Source of the DNA: Ylistrum balloti
Lineage: Eukaryota
NCBI RefSeq assembly: GCF_031769215.1
Contig: NW_026782397.1
Span: forward strand, 558,001-622,000
Reading direction: 5' to 3'
Length of the DNA: 64,000 nt
Below, piece after piece: positions 35,801-50,200 of this stretch; positions within the stretch are counted from its first letter, which is position 1; each line of letters opens with the position of its first letter. The notes below the pieces were generated by a model, which had not been told where the DNA came from, ran no database searches, and saw only the letters and a list, made by a program, of their open reading frames with translations. The position numbers and the translations under genes were made by a program.

Positions 35801-38800
35801 AAACTATTTTTGCTGTATATTCCTATTTCTATTTGTTGTAGTGAAGACCTTGACCTTTGAACTATGAACATGAAATGCAACTGAAAAGCTGGGACTTCCT
35901 GTGAAAAAGCACCTCAGAAAGTCTGAACGAAATCATCCTAACAGATGATTTTTATTTCTAGTACCAGTGATCTTGACCTTTGAGTTCAGGACCCGATAAT
36001 CACTTTCATGGAAGCACTTCCTTTGAAAATTTACTTGATTGTCTTTAGCACATTACAGGGAAAAATAGTCTTTATCACATTTTCTGTTGAGACATTGAAG
36101 ACTTTGCAATGAATTTAATACAGAATAACAAGTTTTGATATTTTAATGTTTCTAACCAATCATTTTAGAGATTCAATGAAAATATAGCTTAATAATGGTT
36201 GTGTTAACTGCCGTGATGTAGCATAATTGTTGTTAGAAAGACATAATGATGTCTTCTATGGTTCCCTGAAAAACAATATTGACTAGATATAATCCACAGA
36301 CCGTGGAACTTAATGTAACATGTGATGTACAGGTCTTGTAAGTAGATGTTTATATCTTATTAAATGTATACATTTACATTGTATTTTCATTCTGATAACG
36401 AAAGAATAAAAAAAGTCATTAACTTTAAACACGGCATTGTAATATAACCTTACCTGGTAATGTTTCAATCAGATTAACACTATTTAGACACATGGAAGTC
36501 GAAACCAATGTAGCATGACATATTTATAAAATCATACGACTTAAACATTTTACTTCGAAATCTATTGAATAGTATTATTGTTCATTTGCAGAGAACAGAG
36601 AGCTTGTATAGCCTTAGAAAGATACAGTAGTGTGATCGACAGCAGGCTGAAAAAAAATCATATCATCTTGTATCGTGGTAAACTTTTATATGCTGAACAG
36701 ATAAAAAAATCATCATTTGTATCATAGAAAAGAGAAGTATAGTACAAAAATTATGAAAATTTCTATCATTTTATCATAAGAAATAGGATGATAAAAAATC
36801 TGGGATCAAATGAAGTACAAGCGTCCTTGCCAACTTTGAGTTTGACTGGCAGTTTTAGTTTCACAATTTTGTCAACAATATCAGAAATGTATTCGTAAAC
36901 AACGTGTGAATGACATTTAAAGACCACTAACAATTGTCCAATGAAGCTGGTCGAAGAGCTTATAATGTGCAATAAAATATGCCTCTCTTGAAAAAACAAC
37001 ATTTTCTTCATGTTGGTAATTTCAATAGAATAGATGCTCTTATAAACACAATCAGTAGAAAATTTCAGTGTGACGTTTCCAAGACTAAAAGGTCAACTCC
37101 ATCAGACAAATGACCAGTGTGAGGCGCACTCTCACTGACGTACGTTAAGAGATGTTAAGGAATCAAAACGATCGATTTTTTTTTCCGTTGTACTGTAATG
37201 TGATATACGGCTAAGTAGAAAAAAGTGTGACGTGATGGTTACAAAGCTGTAGAAAAAATACACAAGATGTTACATCACACTGAAATATTTTAATGATGTG
37301 TTCTAAGAACTTCTGTTCTATATATCTATCTGAATGAATGAAATTATTTTTGAGGAGCAGAAATAAAGACATCCTCATGTCGCCCCCTCCCCCGCTCCAT
37401 CCTAACCCCTGCTCCTTATGCAATGTTGTGGCCTGTGTATCTGTATGTACTGTATATTGGAATTTCAACGTAATTTGCAAAATATTCTCTATGCGGAATG
37501 TATGTTTTATAGATGATAATCATAAAATTTCCGTGCTTTAAAATGGTATTGAATGGCCAGCATACTTGTAACCAAGTCTACCCTGTATTGGTCAAATGCC
37601 AAAAAAATGCATTTGAATGACAGCAACACAATTGTATGACACGTCTAGCTGAAATCTATAAGTTCAACACAATTAGTTCAAATTTAAGAATAGGAAATTA
37701 TACATACTTCATTGTCTAACACTTTGTATTAAATGCATGTTTCCTATACATTTCTTCTCGACGTTGACCGATATCTGAAGTTTTGACAAGAATTCCGGCG
37801 CGAGTAGGCTCCCTTCTAATATCATTTACATACACCCTAAACACGTGTTTGGATTTTCCTTTAAAATGATGCATGTTGGACTTTGAACACGACGTAGAAA
37901 TGATAGGCTTCACACTGTTGTGTATTTGTACCTAAATTGATAACATTGAAAGACCAGAACATCAACTTTCCTGGGAACCGTTCCAATATATGTCCTGATT
38001 CATGGCTGATTACTCAGATTTGACTGATAAAGAGTCCATTAATCTATAAGTGGGTAAATAGGTTTTTATTAAATATGACACACATCACAACCACTGTGTG
38101 ACGTAATTGTTGTTTCATTTAAGTCAGGGATTCAAACATCAATTCTGATTAAGTCTATTTGAATTCCAATGCAACACTTCAAAGTTGAACAATCTTTTCC
38201 ATGTCCGATTGCACACGGACTTGGCCCGAATTCTTAACTAAAGTTCCATATTGATGCATGCTAATAATACATGTTTATGAACTGTGGGTTGAGAATTAGT
38301 GCCAAGCCCCGTGTCCTAATTTCCTGACTCAAACCTCGGTCATTATGGCCAAAGTCCTGTAAGATTTCCAAGTAACTACGCAACTCTAATTTTAGAAGTC
38401 AGTGACAAATTTAAGCGACGTGCTAGATGAAATATGTTTTGTATTGAGCACTTGAGGACATATGTACCTAACGAGAAATGACTGTGAAATCCCTAGTGAC
38501 ATCTGATCACTACTTGAAGTTTTTATCACGTAGTACGCGAGACTTGAATGCACTGACTCATTTCTTTCGTTGTTGTTTTAACTTGCCAAACCTACTCTGT
38601 AATGCAAACGCATTAGGACGTCCCTGACGAAAATGTTGAACTTAAAAGGCAACTCAAATTCATCTATCTATCTATTTAGTTGAATGTAAAGTGACCACGG
38701 TGTTGTCCAAAACTGACATGTAGGATTATGTGTGTGTGTTTTTTTTTTTTTTTTAAATTTTAACAATATAAGCATCTTCTCCTTTTTATGTTGCAATAAT

Positions 38801-39579
38801 AAATATTCAACTTTTGTATGAACCCTATCCGCCCCCCCCCCCCTCCACCATATGCTTTGATATTTTAAAAAAACCCGTTAAATACAAATAGAAAACGGGG
38901 ATCACACAACATCTGAGCATGGTATTTCTTGAAGTTAAAATCAGCATGTATGTTCCACGTTATTCGAATGATTCCACTAAATATAAATAACCGTTTAAAT
39001 AAATTGCTTACATTTAGTTGAACATTGAATCCCTAGTGTCACTAAATGGTATTTAGCGACCTTTTAAACATGTTTAGGTTAGGCAATTGTTTTATCTACG
39101 CAACTTGACATATGAAATATGACAGTACCAGAGACATCCCGGCATATTAGTAGTCCAAAAATTTCTCGTTACCTACCTATTGATATATCCGTGATTTATT
39201 CTTAATACTTGTATTGACCGTGACACTAACAGAAATATATTAAATCTGCCCATTTGGAAATATTCAAGTTAACTGTTGACAGAGGTGGCTTTGTGCACTG
39301 TCTGATGTCACACCAGGTCACCGTAAATTGTACATGATGTATGCCACATATATTATATCTAGTTTATACTGCGAATTAAATCAACATGTTATTAGTCAGA
39401 AAGATAAGTAATCATTATCTATTTTGTTTACAGCTCATCGGAATCCGGGAAATTCCTTTACCGATAAACAAAATCGGTGATTAAATAATACAGTGTCAAA
39501 TATGTGTCCTGATTTTGTAAATAAAGTCACCTTTCATCTATATAGAAATTTACAATACAATGAAATAGTAGTTAGAATT

Positions 39580-39878
39580 NNNNNNNNNNNNNNNNNNNNN
39601 NNNNNNNNNNNNNNNNNNNNNNNNNNNNNNNNNNNNNNNNNNNNNNNNNNNNNNNNNNNNNNNNNNNNNNNNNNNNNNNNNNNNNNNNNNNNNNNNNNNN
39701 NNNNNNNNNNNNNNNNNNNNNNNNNNNNNNNNNNNNNNNNNNNNNNNNNNNNNNNNNNNNNNNNNNNNNNNNNNNNNNNNNNNNNNNNNNNNNNNNNNNN
39801 NNNNNNNNNNNNNNNNNNNNNNNNNNNNNNNNNNNNNNNNNNNNNNNNNNNNNNNNNNNNNNNNNNNNNNNNNNNNNN
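39580..39878. other. Assembly gap (299 N)
   Basis: Run of N. Confidence 1.
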
Positions 39879-40294
39879 TTAAACACTAAGCCACGACACG
39901 ATAAGAATAATACATTTGAGCATAAATTCAGGACAATGTAATTTTTTCAATAGAGCTGGTTCGGTGTTTTTATTTTAAACATCTTCGTTGTTGGTGTTGA
40001 GCCGGCCAAAATGTGAAAATATTTAGGGAAGCTAGGCTTAATCAAATCCGGTAGTAGCAGAGGGGGTACACCTGTACCTAAACCAATACTAAAAAGCATA
40101 GCGAAAAAGGATATGTTTAGAAATTTAGTTCATAGAGTCTTCGATGCGTCCTGTCGATGTTTCTGCACATTAATTCATAATCCAGACAGTTTGTCTGCGG
40201 ATCTGAAAGTTTCCGACAAAAGGCAATAATCTAATATTAGATGAACAGTAACGAAAGTAGAAATGAAGACTGACGAAATATTCCTTGCATTCTG

Positions 40295-40471
40295 ATTGGT
40301 TGACTTAATATGCAAATAAGGCTGGTCACATCATCTGATTCACAAACACGCGGTGCTGTTCTCGGTCACCCCACTTGTAATAAACAAGGACACGTGGTGG
40401 TATTCTTACTATCTGCATCCGCTACGTTCTCGACAAATTATTTATACAATACTCAAGAAATTCACACCAAG
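40295..40471 (+). promoter_or_regulatory. Putative SCD promoter and non-coding first exon
   Basis: Inverted CCAAT (ATTGG) 40295-40299, octamer ATGCAAAT 40310-40317, SRE-like GTCACCCCAC 40365-40374, E-box CACGTG 40391-40396 and a strong donor AAG|GTAAGC after 40471. An acceptor TTACAG at 47211 precedes the SCD ATG exon. The link across the intron is inferred. Confidence 0.55.
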
Positions 40472-42769
40472 GTAAGCAATCCTGTTTTCTTTTTGTAGTA
40501 TCTGAAAAATCTATGTAAATTATTGAGTTATGATCACTCAATATACCGTTGTTTCTTCGTGTGTTTTTTTAAAAGGTGAGTATTGTTAAAATGATATAAA
40601 CAAAAAAATATCATTATTATCTAAATTTGAGTTTTACGATTAAAGGGCTGTATCATGTGCTGTTAAGTGTTGTACTTGTAATGGTACAATGTATAGAGTA
40701 CAGAGAATAGTAAATGTTGATAAATATTACAGTCAATTTATTACACAGAGGATTGGAAGAACATCCCATCCCACTGTCTGTAGTTATATCTGTAAATGTT
40801 TATAGGGATCATTGGGATTGGTACTTTTGTGCAAAGCCTCTGTACTTGATTTATACGGGAATACAAAAAAAAACATATTCTAATGTATTTTGATATTATC
40901 CTAGATAAATGCTGATTCATATACTGACTGTAGAAAGTTTAAAATGTTGTAGGTTGCAACATCTGTTATTTGTATTGTTACTACGTCTGAAATATGCAGG
41001 TTGCGCGAATGTGATTGTACTATACGAAATACTAGTATTCTTAAAAAGACGGATTCTGACAAAACATCATTAGTATTGGGTGTCGTCAGATTCTGGAATG
41101 TTTTTTTTAAAACTGAATTAGGTTTTCTATTATTCAATTTTATTTTTTATGAGAACTTATTGAAGCAAAAATCAACTATTTAAATTCCAAGGACTCCGAT
41201 CACATACGACATTTATGGGAAGAAAGCAAGTTTCAAAATATGTTCCTAGTAAAAACATCAGCAATGATTTATGGAATTCACACGCTATCGGAAACAGTAG
41301 AGCTTCTTATTTTCTTATTTTTGTATTTACATACTATTGAAAATCAGCGTAGTTACCATCTTTACAATATCAGTGACCATTTTAATACATGTCTTCTGCA
41401 ACTGGCACTGCTATTGTCGGAATACACTTGCTACATACATATTTTCTGTGTTCAGCACGTGCGTTAGTTCGACTGAAGTACTTTCAGAATTTACTTTAAA
41501 ATTACGTCTAACAATAAAAATAACTTGAAATAAGCGACTTTATGTGTTGTTATGAACAAGTGAATTTACGGAAATTAATAAAATAGCTCTTACATCCGTT
41601 GATGTTCGGCACTATTTTTCTGCGCGGAGCAATTATTTTGGCGTACGCCATCCGGAAAAAATCAAGCTTAACGTCAACGTCAGGTAAACAGAGATTGGAT
41701 AACAAAACCGTTGAAGTTTTGATGGTCTGATTTTCAATCAGTGTTGCAGGATAAATAGATACCATGGTCAGTAGCTGCATTTTGGCTCGGGACAGAAATT
41801 ATTTAAGTATTAAGTCATTTCATCACAACATATCTGAATTTTCATTAGATCAATTCAAATGTGGTAAAATGCCTTGCTAAAGATTAAATTGTCATAAAGT
41901 CCATTCGCCTTTTGTGAAGTACCAAGGACGCAAAGGTCACCAGCAAAGGACTTTTTATGGGATGATGTCAGATCCAAATGAGGAGAATATCGGAGCGAGA
42001 ATTACGACCTGCATTTTAAATAGGATTGGCTCAACATGGCTTTGCCATCATTCATTTTAGATAAACTCTTTTGATAGTCAACGCTTTTGCCTCCTAGACC
42101 AGTTTCATCAGATTTATAACACGCAATGAAATATTTCTACAAATTATGTGCTGCAGAACTATATTTAGAGATAAAAACTTGTAATTCATTGCACATGATG
42201 TTTTTGAAATTTCCAGTCAATGATGACGTCATTTATTATCATTTCTATTTATAAACGGACTTTCTTGAATCGCACTACAAGTGAATGCTAGTCCGACAGC
42301 GCAAGTTAAAACGCATATACAAGTATAAATAGATCCATGTAAATCAGCGTAGTGTATATTATCGATCGTTGTACTTCTTGTAAATAAAATGGCACTGGGT
42401 CGGAATAGATATCAAGGTCATGGAAGGTCGAATCAAATTAGGGAAGCTAGTCTCTATATTATTGTTTATCTTTCATTTTTGCGTTTAGAAGCAAGTATAG
42501 TTATTTCAATGCGACAATTAGACAATTTTAATTCATCGGATCATTGAACTTTCTGAACGAAGGATTAAAATGTTGTTTAAAATGGATGCATTTATGAGAT
42601 ATAAATACGTTGTGGTGAACTTATTACTCGGGGCTACTGGTGGATATTTCATCATATGAAAATGGCCACTCTGTCGTTCAGTATATATATATAGTATTTA
42701 TCATACCCGGGGCTTCTCTTGATCAGGATATCATTTTGTCATATGTGATCATGTATTTCATCGTGTGTG

Positions 42770-44110
42770 ATGGCCATTCATCATTATGATTAAATGATGC
42801 CCGTTTCATTATAAATGATGCACATTTCATTGTATATGATGTCCATTTCATCATCTTGAGTATATGATGCCCGCTTCATTATATAAGATGTACATTTCAT
42901 CATCCTGATCATATGATACCCATTTCATTGTTTATGATGTCCATTTCAACATCTTGATTATATGATGTCCATTTCATCATTTTTATCATATGATGTCCAT
43001 TTCATTAAATGTGATGTCCATCTTATCATTTTGATTATATGATGTCATTTTTATCGTCTTGATGATATGATGTCCATTTCATTATATGTGATGTCCATTT
43101 TATCATCTTGATAATATGATGCCCATTTCATCATCTTTATCATGTGATGCCCGTTTCATTGGTTATGGTATTCATTTCATCATCTTGGTTATATGATGTC
43201 CGTTTGATAATCATCTTTATCATATGATGCCTGCTTCATTATATATAATGCCCGTTTCATTATGTATGATGCCAATTTCATTGTTTATGATGTCCATTTT
43301 ATCATCTTGATTATATGATGTCCATTTCATATTGATTATATGATGTCCATTTCATTATATGTGATGTCCATTTGATCATCTTGATAATATGATGACCATT
43401 TCATCATCTTTATCAAATGATGCCCGTTTCATTAGATATGATGCCCATTTCATTGTTTATGATGTCCATTTCATTATCTTTATCATATGATGTCCATTTC
43501 ATTTTATGTGATGTCCATTTGATCATCTTGATAATATGATGACAATTTCATCATCTTTATCAAATGATGCCCGTTTCATTAGATATGATGCCCATTTCAT
43601 TGTTTATGATGTCCATTTCATTATCTTTATCATATGATGTCCATTTCATTTTATGTGATGTCCATTTGATCATCTTGATAATATGATGTCCATTTCATCA
43701 TCTTTATCATATGATGCCCATTTCATTGTTTATGATGTCCATTTCATCATTTTTATCATATGATGTCCATTTCATTTTATGTGATGTCCTTTTCACCATC
43801 TTGATTATATGATGTCCATTTCATCATCATGATCATATGATGCCCGTTTCATTAGATATGATGCTCATTTCATTGTTTATGTTGTCCATTTCATCATCTT
43901 GATAATATGATGCACGTTTCATTGTTTATGATGTCCATTTCAACATCTTTATCATATGATGCACGTTTCATTATATAAGATGTCCATTTCATCGTCCTAG
44001 TTATATGATACACGTTTCATCATATATGATACCCATTTCATTGTATATGATGTCAATTTCATCAGATTGATTATATGATGCCCATTTTGTTATATACTAT
44101 GCCCATTTAT
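42770..44110. repeat. Composite minisatellite of interspersed 21- and 28-bp monomers with a local 147-bp higher-order repeat
   Basis: Monomers ATATGATGCCCATTTCATTGT (21) and ATATGATGTCCATTTCATCATCTTGATT (28). A 147-bp block starting at 43414 recurs at 43561. Confidence 0.92.
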
Positions 44111-47100
44111 TCATAAATAAGACCATTTCATTTCATGTGGTGCTTTTTATACATACTGGGATCGTTTCATAGTTAATAGTTCGTAACATTGACTGTGTAA
44201 TAAGCAAAACGGAAACCGTTACCTTCTTTCCGAAAATGGAAAGAAAAAAAACATACTAATGCTCGAGACTAAAATAATTCTACGGAATAATCAACTTCAA
44301 ATCATTTCGTGTGAATAATTTTCAAAATTAAACCACAGCTCATCCTTCTCACAAAATGACCATTCCATATAAGGAGATAGGCGGTAACAGCATCCCCATA
44401 TCGACACGTGTGTCTGAAGCGTGTTCGTGTTTCCTTGTGCCTAATACTATGTGTCATATACAAATGCGTGGCAAGGACTAACAAGTTTAGGTCTGCCGAA
44501 GCACAGGGTTTCCTACACTCAAGACATTACAAAGACATGTGTATGGGCATATGGTTTCATCCAACGGGATGTCATATTGTTTAAATATAAGGTAAGTAGA
44601 ATAGAACAAGGAAATCAGTGTCGTCATTCTAAATATATTAGGGCGACGTCATCGTGAAATCGACATCGAATGCTGCTGGTGTAGTATGCAATCATGTTCC
44701 TGATGCTTGTGTGATGGGCGGTATCTGTAAATATTTCTGTTCAATCCTTCGTGTCATCTGTTTATTAAAGCCATACTTCTGATATAGTTTATATATGTAT
44801 GTTTACATCTAAACGGATATGACCATGAAATCGAAGGTTTTATGAGTTTATCCCTAATACATGCAAATTTATATAGCAAAGAACCTCGGAAGAAACGGTA
44901 ATTCAGATTTCTTTGGGAAGAAATAAAGCATTTAAAAAATAAATACCTAAATAAATAGATAAATAAATAAATAAAGGGTACACACAAACTTAAACGTAAA
45001 AATGATATTTGAGATGAAATACACGTATGTACTTTGAATGAGATACCGTATCAAACTTGTCATATCGATTTATAAATTTGCGAATTTTTTAATTGAATTT
45101 CGTTAAAATAAAACTGTGTTTACGTCATCAGGTATCTACCTAAAAGCTATCTAAAATTCCTTATGAGATTTCATGTTGATTTAAAGATCGTATCTTTAAG
45201 TTTCAAATTATCCTTCTGACCAATCCATTTGTGCTTTGACAATTCATTATATTTCAACTTTTGATAATAAATGTTATCACTATTAGTACCCGCAATTTTT
45301 AGATAGATGAAACCTTTAGAGATGACATTTCGACTTTTTTCACGTGCCAGTAGAGATCCATACAGATTCGATTTGTGTAAATTCTACTTACCTATAATAA
45401 TAGGTTGTTTATGTAAATCTGCCGAAGAAGATCAAGAATTTGGGTTTAGCACGAGATAAGTTAGACGTCTGTCCGATATCAAAATTCGATAGAAAGAGAG
45501 AATAATTCGAAGTAACCTAGTTTTTACTGCAAAGATCCCTCCTAGGCTGAGGCATAACAAACGCATATTGAATTATGTGACTTAAGAAAAGTAAGTTTCA
45601 TTTTACCCCAACATCAAACATAGTAAACATACATTCGATAGTTCCTGTTAAGACAGACTGGTGGGAAAGGTCTCTAGGAAGTCCCCGGAACAAACATGGC
45701 GTCTTTCGTTACACAAGAATTATCACCATTTAATCATTTTTTTCATCCAATTAGTCCACACCAAACAATCATTTGTCACGGATGTATCATGTGTTTCTAT
45801 CACGAAGTTCTGTTGCCAAATAGAAACTTCACGTCACATAAAGATAGAATGTATCATTAATTCGATCTGCTTAACATAACCTCCTTTTATTATTATTTCA
45901 TTTTTGTCTATTGCTTTTGGAACGATTTAACAATTTCCTGCCAATTCACTAAACATATTCTGAATAAGATGTCGACGTCCAACATGTCCAAATGGCGGAA
46001 ATGAAATAACCTGAAACCAATCACTGCAACTACACTGCAATTTGTCATCACATCTGCGTATGATCAATACATTTCATGGTCTGTCTGAATGATAAAATGC
46101 TAAAACACACGAGATATCAATTATTACACGTTCGTTAAAGGAGTTTCCGGTGTGCCATCTCCTACAGCTGATTGAGAACGGTTTAAAATGTTTAACTATC
46201 TCAGAAACAACCTCAGACCAATTGTAAAAACATCCTAACAGAGCCAGACACACAGAAATTTCGTTTCCATGGCAACAGGAGAATTACAGGCTTTACTTGC
46301 ATGTAAAGAAGACAGACTGCAATAAAACACGTTGAAGTACGTTATTGATTAAGGATCGTAATATGGTATCTGTACTATTTACCACAAATGAGACTAATGA
46401 CTTAAAATACGTGAATCACGAGATCACGAATTCGATTACCATTCGGCCTATCCTTCAGTTCGCAATTCCCTCACGTAATATTATTACATGTGAAATGCCG
46501 AAATTGATACATCTATAATTGTATTGCTGTGCTAGCATTACATCACATGATCAACAGGATTGTATTGCTGGACAACACAGACAATTCGCCAGAGGACAAG
46601 TGGACATTACCATATTTGGTGTATGTCATTTTTTCTGATCTTGATTATAATTCAGGTTATTTGTTTAGTGTTAAAATCGATTTCCTTGTTTATGGTTACG
46701 CCAAGTACTTCGTTAAAACTGTTACTCTGTTCTGGAAAATGACACCGACGTTCTGTGATCGACCTTGTGGCGGCCAGACACCCTGATGTACCATGACAAA
46801 GGATGAACATCTATTATGCGGAAAACCATTTACAAAGTGCTATATTTCATCCACATAACCAGCTATTTGATGCTCGGATTCAATGTTTCCGGATACAAAA
46901 CAATTGATAGTTTTATGTTTTTGGTATTTGTATGTATTGCCGATTCAGAGAAGAGGATTGGCAATGGAACAAAAAAAAGCATGCTAGGGAGTATTCTACA
47001 TCAGTTTCTATGACAAAATAAGATTACTATTTTGGCTGCAGGCCTTAGGCAGACGACACTTCATCAATATGTAAGACAGGCCAATGGTTTTGAGTAAGAC

Positions 47101-47233
47101 ACAATGATTTCCGTATGGTGGAAATGGCTTCTTTCATCGATTGTAAGCTGTGTATACTAATTGCCTAACTAGATCTTTGCTAAGCGCTGAACTTTATCTT
47201 TGTACTTACAGTAAATTACCGTAGAAGATTGCC

Positions 47234-50200
47234 ATGGCGTCAAGAAATCTGGAATCAGAAAGTGAATCCACGTGCAAAGAGGACGTGGATCAGCTTGGCC
47301 TTGATGATGTAGTGAAACCTGAAGAAGTGAACGAGGACAATCCGCCATCGAAAATCGTCTGGAGAAATGTTGTGATATTTACAATACTTCATCTAGCAGC
47401 TTTGTATTCCTTGACGTTGATTCCTCGATCAAAACCTCTCACGTGGGCATGGTGTAAGTTAAAAAAATAAATCTTGTCACGTGCTGCTTTATTCCACTGC
47501 ATGGTTGTTAAGGCCGACTAGTTCTGCATCGTTGCAGATTTTTTCAACATGATAATATCAAGAACAAACCTTCTACATCCAAGCAAACGTGTTTTTATTG
47601 GGAAAGGAAAGGAGCGGTGGATGGGAAGGGGGGAAGGGTGTGTGTGTGTGGGGGGGGGGGGGGGGGGTAGAGTCATTGGAAAGAACAAAATATCACTTTT
47701 TATGTCGATCATATACAACCTGTCCGTACAGAAGGCATCTTTTTACTATTCTGTCCACTGTCATTTTGCTACGTCTTTTCATGTGTATTGATCCGTTTTT
47801 ACATTGTCTCTATAAAACCAGTGTTAACTCAGTAGACTTGAGCGCTTTTTTTGGGCTTTGGTATGCTCACGATTTATATTAACTTGGCTAATTTGGAGTT
47901 ACTATTACATTACATCCTCCCACACACAACCTTGGACTGTCCGGTTTGTCACAGCCTAGAATCAGCAGTCTCTATTTTGGACAATTTCGATCTCATCATG
48001 GGCTCAGGATTTCCAACAAATTACGATTAATTTGACTCTAGAGGAAAGACGTCATACAAGTCACGTTCGTGCGTGTGTGACGTCAGCAATATCATCTGTG
48101 TATGATCGATTCTAAGGAAACAACTTTAGCTAATTTTAACGACTTGAGGCTATGGCAGATACATACAGTTTGCTAAACAGCTCACTGAACACCTCCATAG
48201 GTCATGTTTTAAATAGTTGCTTTTCAATAACCCATTCAGATTTTACCTTGTACACAGCCACACAAAACTGGTAATGAACGGCAAAGGGATTTTTCTTTAA
48301 AGTGCAGGTTTTATTAGAAAATCTATTTTTAATGTTAATGGAAATGAAATGAGAGAAAAAAGTTAAGATTTTGATTCATGTAATTTAGTTATCAGCAAGA
48401 AAACACGGTTGACGTTATTTCATTCTTTTTCGAGATCGACCTTATACTGTAAAATTAACATTTCATTGCGGATATATTTTCGTTCAATTCTTTGGTCTGC
48501 TAAATCCACGAATTTATAATTCCACGTAATGATAGACAGATAAAAGTTTACATTGATTATAGCACTAGCGAATTTTGTGATAAAGATTTATATATATCAA
48601 GGAAGCCACGTGTCAAGGAAAATGTGTATTTTTGGAAAACCATGAAATTTTGAGCCCCACGATAATGTAGTATTTTACAGTATTTTGTGTATGTCTTAAA
48701 GTTCCTCTGCCTTTCAGACTTTTTATATCAAAATACCTTCTCTTCATAATTTAATCTAAAGAATACCCGATCGTTATGCATTGGGTTTTGCTACATATGA
48801 ATGGAAACACGAGTCATTTTAAGATTTTGTTATTGGTAGTATACAGGCTGTATGCAAAATAAATAAACGACAAGATCTGCAGCTTTCGGAAATATGTAAC
48901 TACAGTTATAGAGGAAAAGAGCATGATTCTCTGAAAACTATATAAACCGTATCTTTACAACTTTACAAATTTATTTTAGAACTCTAAAGTTATTTCGACG
49001 CCATCTTGTGCACCAGCAGATGAAAACCGTTTTGTGAAGTGATATCAGTACTAGCGATGCCAAAAGATATACTTATGGGACCGTTTCGCAATTTAGGTGT
49101 CGTAAGAATTGGAAAATGCATACCTCCCTCCCCTACCAAACACCTCTAATCACAGCTAAATACAAAATGATCCTTCAATAATATTTTTGTTTAGCGTCTT
49201 TGGTTTGACGTCATAGTATCGGTGACATGTTTCATCGGAGTATAAACATGTACTTAGCCTTCGTTTGAAATCATTCAATGATGAAAATTACGAAATTTAC
49301 GGGATGCAAGGTTTTAATGCATCTGCTCAGCTGGTTTCTAATGACATTCATTTCAACACATTTTGATTATCATTTGGTCGCCTCATTGGTTTCAAATTTT
49401 CAGGCATTGACATCGCTGACGAGTCCTAAAAGGACGAAACAGCTACATTATACAGTTTGATATACTATCGGGCTCTAGTATCTCTAATAAGGTGTTGTTG
49501 ATGTATGTCTTTACGGTGACTTTATTGAATATTAATTGTATTATCACCGTCTTTTTGGTGACTTTTTGACACTTTAGTACGTGTTTCTTATGCTACAGTA
49601 ATTTATTCTTCCAGCATCTTTCCTGTAGTGCACTTACCTCTTTTCGAGACCTTTTAGCATTTTTCACTAAAAAATCCTTAAGAAATTACATCACTTACTA
49701 CATTAAATAAAATCATTAATAATCACCATTCAGTATTTGGACATATCTAGCAAATGCTCTCAACACCATGGGTATTTTCAGACATGTTGGCAATTATACA
49801 TATGTGAATGTATTTGTGTTTTTTGTTATTTCAGCCATAGTATACTACATGATAGCTGCAGTTGGGGTGACAGCTGGCGCCCACAGACTCTGGTCACATC
49901 GGTCTTACAAGGCTAAAGCACCACTCCGTGTGTTATTGGCTTTCTTTCAGTCGGCAGCTCTACAGGTAAGAAGACAATAGGGAAATATTATTTAAGATAA
50001 ACACTTGTCCAGATGAGCACCTCGATAGGTAAACAACGTTACATGCAAGCAACACTGAAGGTAAGCAACGCTGCATGTAAACAATCTTGTGACAAGTTTC
50101 ACTCTTACGAAAACACGTGAGAACACCACGCCGAATGTAAGCAAAGCCAAGCAAGCAAAGGTAAACAAACTACATGTAATCCTAAACCCAGTGAAATACC

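Noticed and set aside
38213-38314. Imperfect ~25-bp inverted repeat with ~50-bp spacer
   Set aside because: Too degenerate to define a TIR/TSD. Likely an old MITE remnant.
28700-39579. Search for a hidden gene in the ~11-kb interval between the oxidase and SCD
   Set aside because: No chain of phase-compatible exons or recognisable domains was found. The content is explained by minisatellites and repeat debris.
39493-39886. ORFs spanning the N run
   Set aside because: Artefacts of the assembly gap.
41550-42130. Possible degenerate retroelement (DIRS-like RT) coding remnant
   Set aside because: Only faint motif resemblance, requiring several assumed frameshifts. Not supportable without a search.
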